Assembly: GCF_004010195.1 (NCBI RefSeq)
Contig: NC_057751.1
Location: 15,848,768 to 15,868,767 of the forward strand
Source: Chiloscyllium plagiosum
Lineage: Eukaryota
Direction: 5' to 3'
Length of the DNA stretch: 20,000 bases
Made by a program: the position numbers and the translations under genes. A model generated the notes under the pieces. It was not told the origin of the DNA, did not search any database, and worked only from the letters and a program-made list of their open reading frames with translations. Shown piece after piece: positions 18,371-20,000 of this stretch (position 1 is the stretch's first letter; each line of letters begins with the position of its first letter).

Positions 18371-19416
18371 AGTAACCAAAACTTCAAAATAGAAAATCAG
18401 AACACAAAGGACAAACTAATCAAGGTTTAAAATTTAAGGCTGTTTGAAATGTAACACTTTTATTAGGTGTCACATAACTGGTAACCCAATGGTCCACTTT
18501 TCTGTGTAATGGCTAAAATAAATACAATAGACATAAAATGAATTAGAGTCATAGAGGGTTGGACTGAAGGGTCTGTTTCCATGCTGTACACCTCTATGAC
18601 TCTCATTCATTTTGCCCAGAAAAGTGGACCATTGGGTTACCAGTTATGTGGCATCTAATAGAAATGTTACATTTCAAACAACCTTAAATTGGCAGGATGT
18701 GCAGGTTAGGGTGGAGTGGCCATGGGAAATTGCCCATAGTGTTCAGGGATAGACAATAGGTGCAGGAGTAGGCCATTCTGCCCTTCGAGCCAGCACCACC
18801 ATTCATTATGAGCATGGCTGATCATCCTCAATCAGTATCCTGTTCCTGCCTTATCCCCACAACCCTTGATTCCACTATCCTTAAGAGCTCTGTAAACATC
18901 GATTCTCCTGCTCCTTGGATGCTGCCTGATCTGCTGCGCCTTTTCAGCAACGCATTTTCAGCTCTGATATCCAGCATCTGTAGTCCTCACTTTCTCCTCG
19001 AAGATTTTAACCTACTGCAAATCCTCTTACAAGGATGCCTTCCTTGAAGAAGCTCTCTTCATCCGGAAGAAGGACTCATGCCCGAAACGTCGATTCTCCT
19101 GCTCCTCGGATGCTGCCTATGCTTTTCCAGCAACACATTTTCAACCTTAAATTTTAAACCTTGGTTAGTTTGTCCTTTGTGTTCTGATTTTCTTTTTTTG
19201 AAGTTTTGGTACTTAGCAGTGCTGTCTCACAGCACCAGGGACCCGGGTTCGATTCCACCTTCGGGCGACTGTGTGGAGCTTGCACGTTCTCCCCGTGTCT
19301 GTGTGGGTTTCCTCTGGGTGCTCTGGTTTCCTCCCACAGTCCAAAGATGTGTAGGTTAGGGTGGATTGGCCAAGCTAAGTTACCCAGAGTATCCGGGGAT
19401 ATGCAGGTTAGGGTGA
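18183..19416. repeat. Long inverted repeat (left arm about 18183-18557; right arm 18591-18690 plus 19142-19416)
   Basis: 18431-18504 pairs with 18617-18690, 18535-18557 with 18591-18613, and 18183-18442 with 19142-19416, including non-SINE flanking sequence. Confidence 0.88.
18894..19141 (+). mobile_element. Tandem Penelope-like pLTR fragments
   Basis: Two consecutive copies of the ...gaaacgtcgattctcctgctcc...ttttccagcaacacattttca motif, separated by about 60 nt of PLE-like sequence. Confidence 0.8.
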
Positions 19417-19508
19417 AATGCAGAGATACAGTCGGGGTGGGAATGTTCTTTGGACGAGTGGTGTGGACACGATGGGCCGAATGGCCTGCTTCCACATTGT
19501 AGGGATTC
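19215..19508 (+). mobile_element. HE1-type SINE with intact 3' tail
   Basis: tagcagtgctgtctcacagc...ggttcgattcc...gggccgaatggcctgcttccacattgtagggattc. Confidence 0.88.
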
Positions 19509-19865
19509 GATTCAAATTAACTTAAAACTGACAACAGAAAGATTTGCATTCAGTGAATGGCATTTCACGGTAGCTGATGGAATTTCGTCTAAATTTTAAT
19601 TAAGAACTCCTCTTGGATGAGCATGAAATTGTGCAGTTAGCTCAAGGGCAAGTAGGGATGGTCAGCACATGTTAGTCTTGCTAGAGATATCCATATCCTG
19701 TAAATGTAGAAAACGTCTGTGCCCAGAAACGAACACGGTCCTGTAGGTGGGACTGAACCATAAATGTTTATCGTGTCTCCTTTGCTTTTGTAGTGAATGG
19801 CTCTGTAATAAATTTGAGAGTCCACAGGAAAATAACCTTCTCAAGCTGCCCAACACTCACTGTCG

Positions 19866-20000
19866 GAGTTGAAAAATGTGGTGCTGGGAAAACACAGCAG
19901 GCCAGGCAGCATCCGAGGAGCAGCAGAATCGACGTTTCGGGCATAAGCCCTTCTTCAGGAATGAGGCTGGTGTGCCAAGCGGGCTGAGATAAAAGGTGGG
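19866..20000 (-). mobile_element. Penelope-like element 3' terminus running off the window
   Basis: Reverse complement of the pLTR motif, with intact CTGAAGA-A-GGGC-TTAT-GCCC-GAAACGTC at 19931-19958. Confidence 0.8.

Noticed and set aside
19637..19720. Possible ANKRD39 exon 2 (tttacag|GATATGG, 'IW...')
   Set aside because: Wrong phase and sequence for GIWSAA...GYTAL, an early stop, and the segment is the antisense of a LINE/SINE 3' tail.

Overview
Repeat-rich vertebrate genomic DNA. The repeat families (HE1-type tRNA/V-SINEs, HER1/CR1 LINEs, Penelope-like elements) point to a cartilaginous fish, probably a shark. Two spliced genes lie in tandem on the minus strand, and the ORF track mostly misses them. 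(1) The last two coding exons of ANKRD39 (16642-16845 and 14838-14993), with a probable 3' UTR to about 14190. (2) About 4 kb downstream, the first three coding exons (9988-10060, 6230-6285, 3065-3156) of a type-I ferlin (myoferlin-like in sequence, FER1L5-like in synteny), encoding a divergent C2A domain with a GC-AG second intron. Most notable non-coding features: a tandem array of CLEAR/E-box motifs (GTCACGTGAC) upstream of the ferlin ATG; several Penelope-derived short elements with minimal hammerhead-ribozyme-like motifs, two with clean target-site duplications (TSDs); and a 1.8-kb composite fold-back block (17683-19508) in ANKRD39 intron 2, bounded by a 12-bp direct repeat and holding two nested insertions that captured nearby local DNA. 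There is one 263-nt assembly gap (5694-5956). All homology statements come from recalled family sequences, not database searches.
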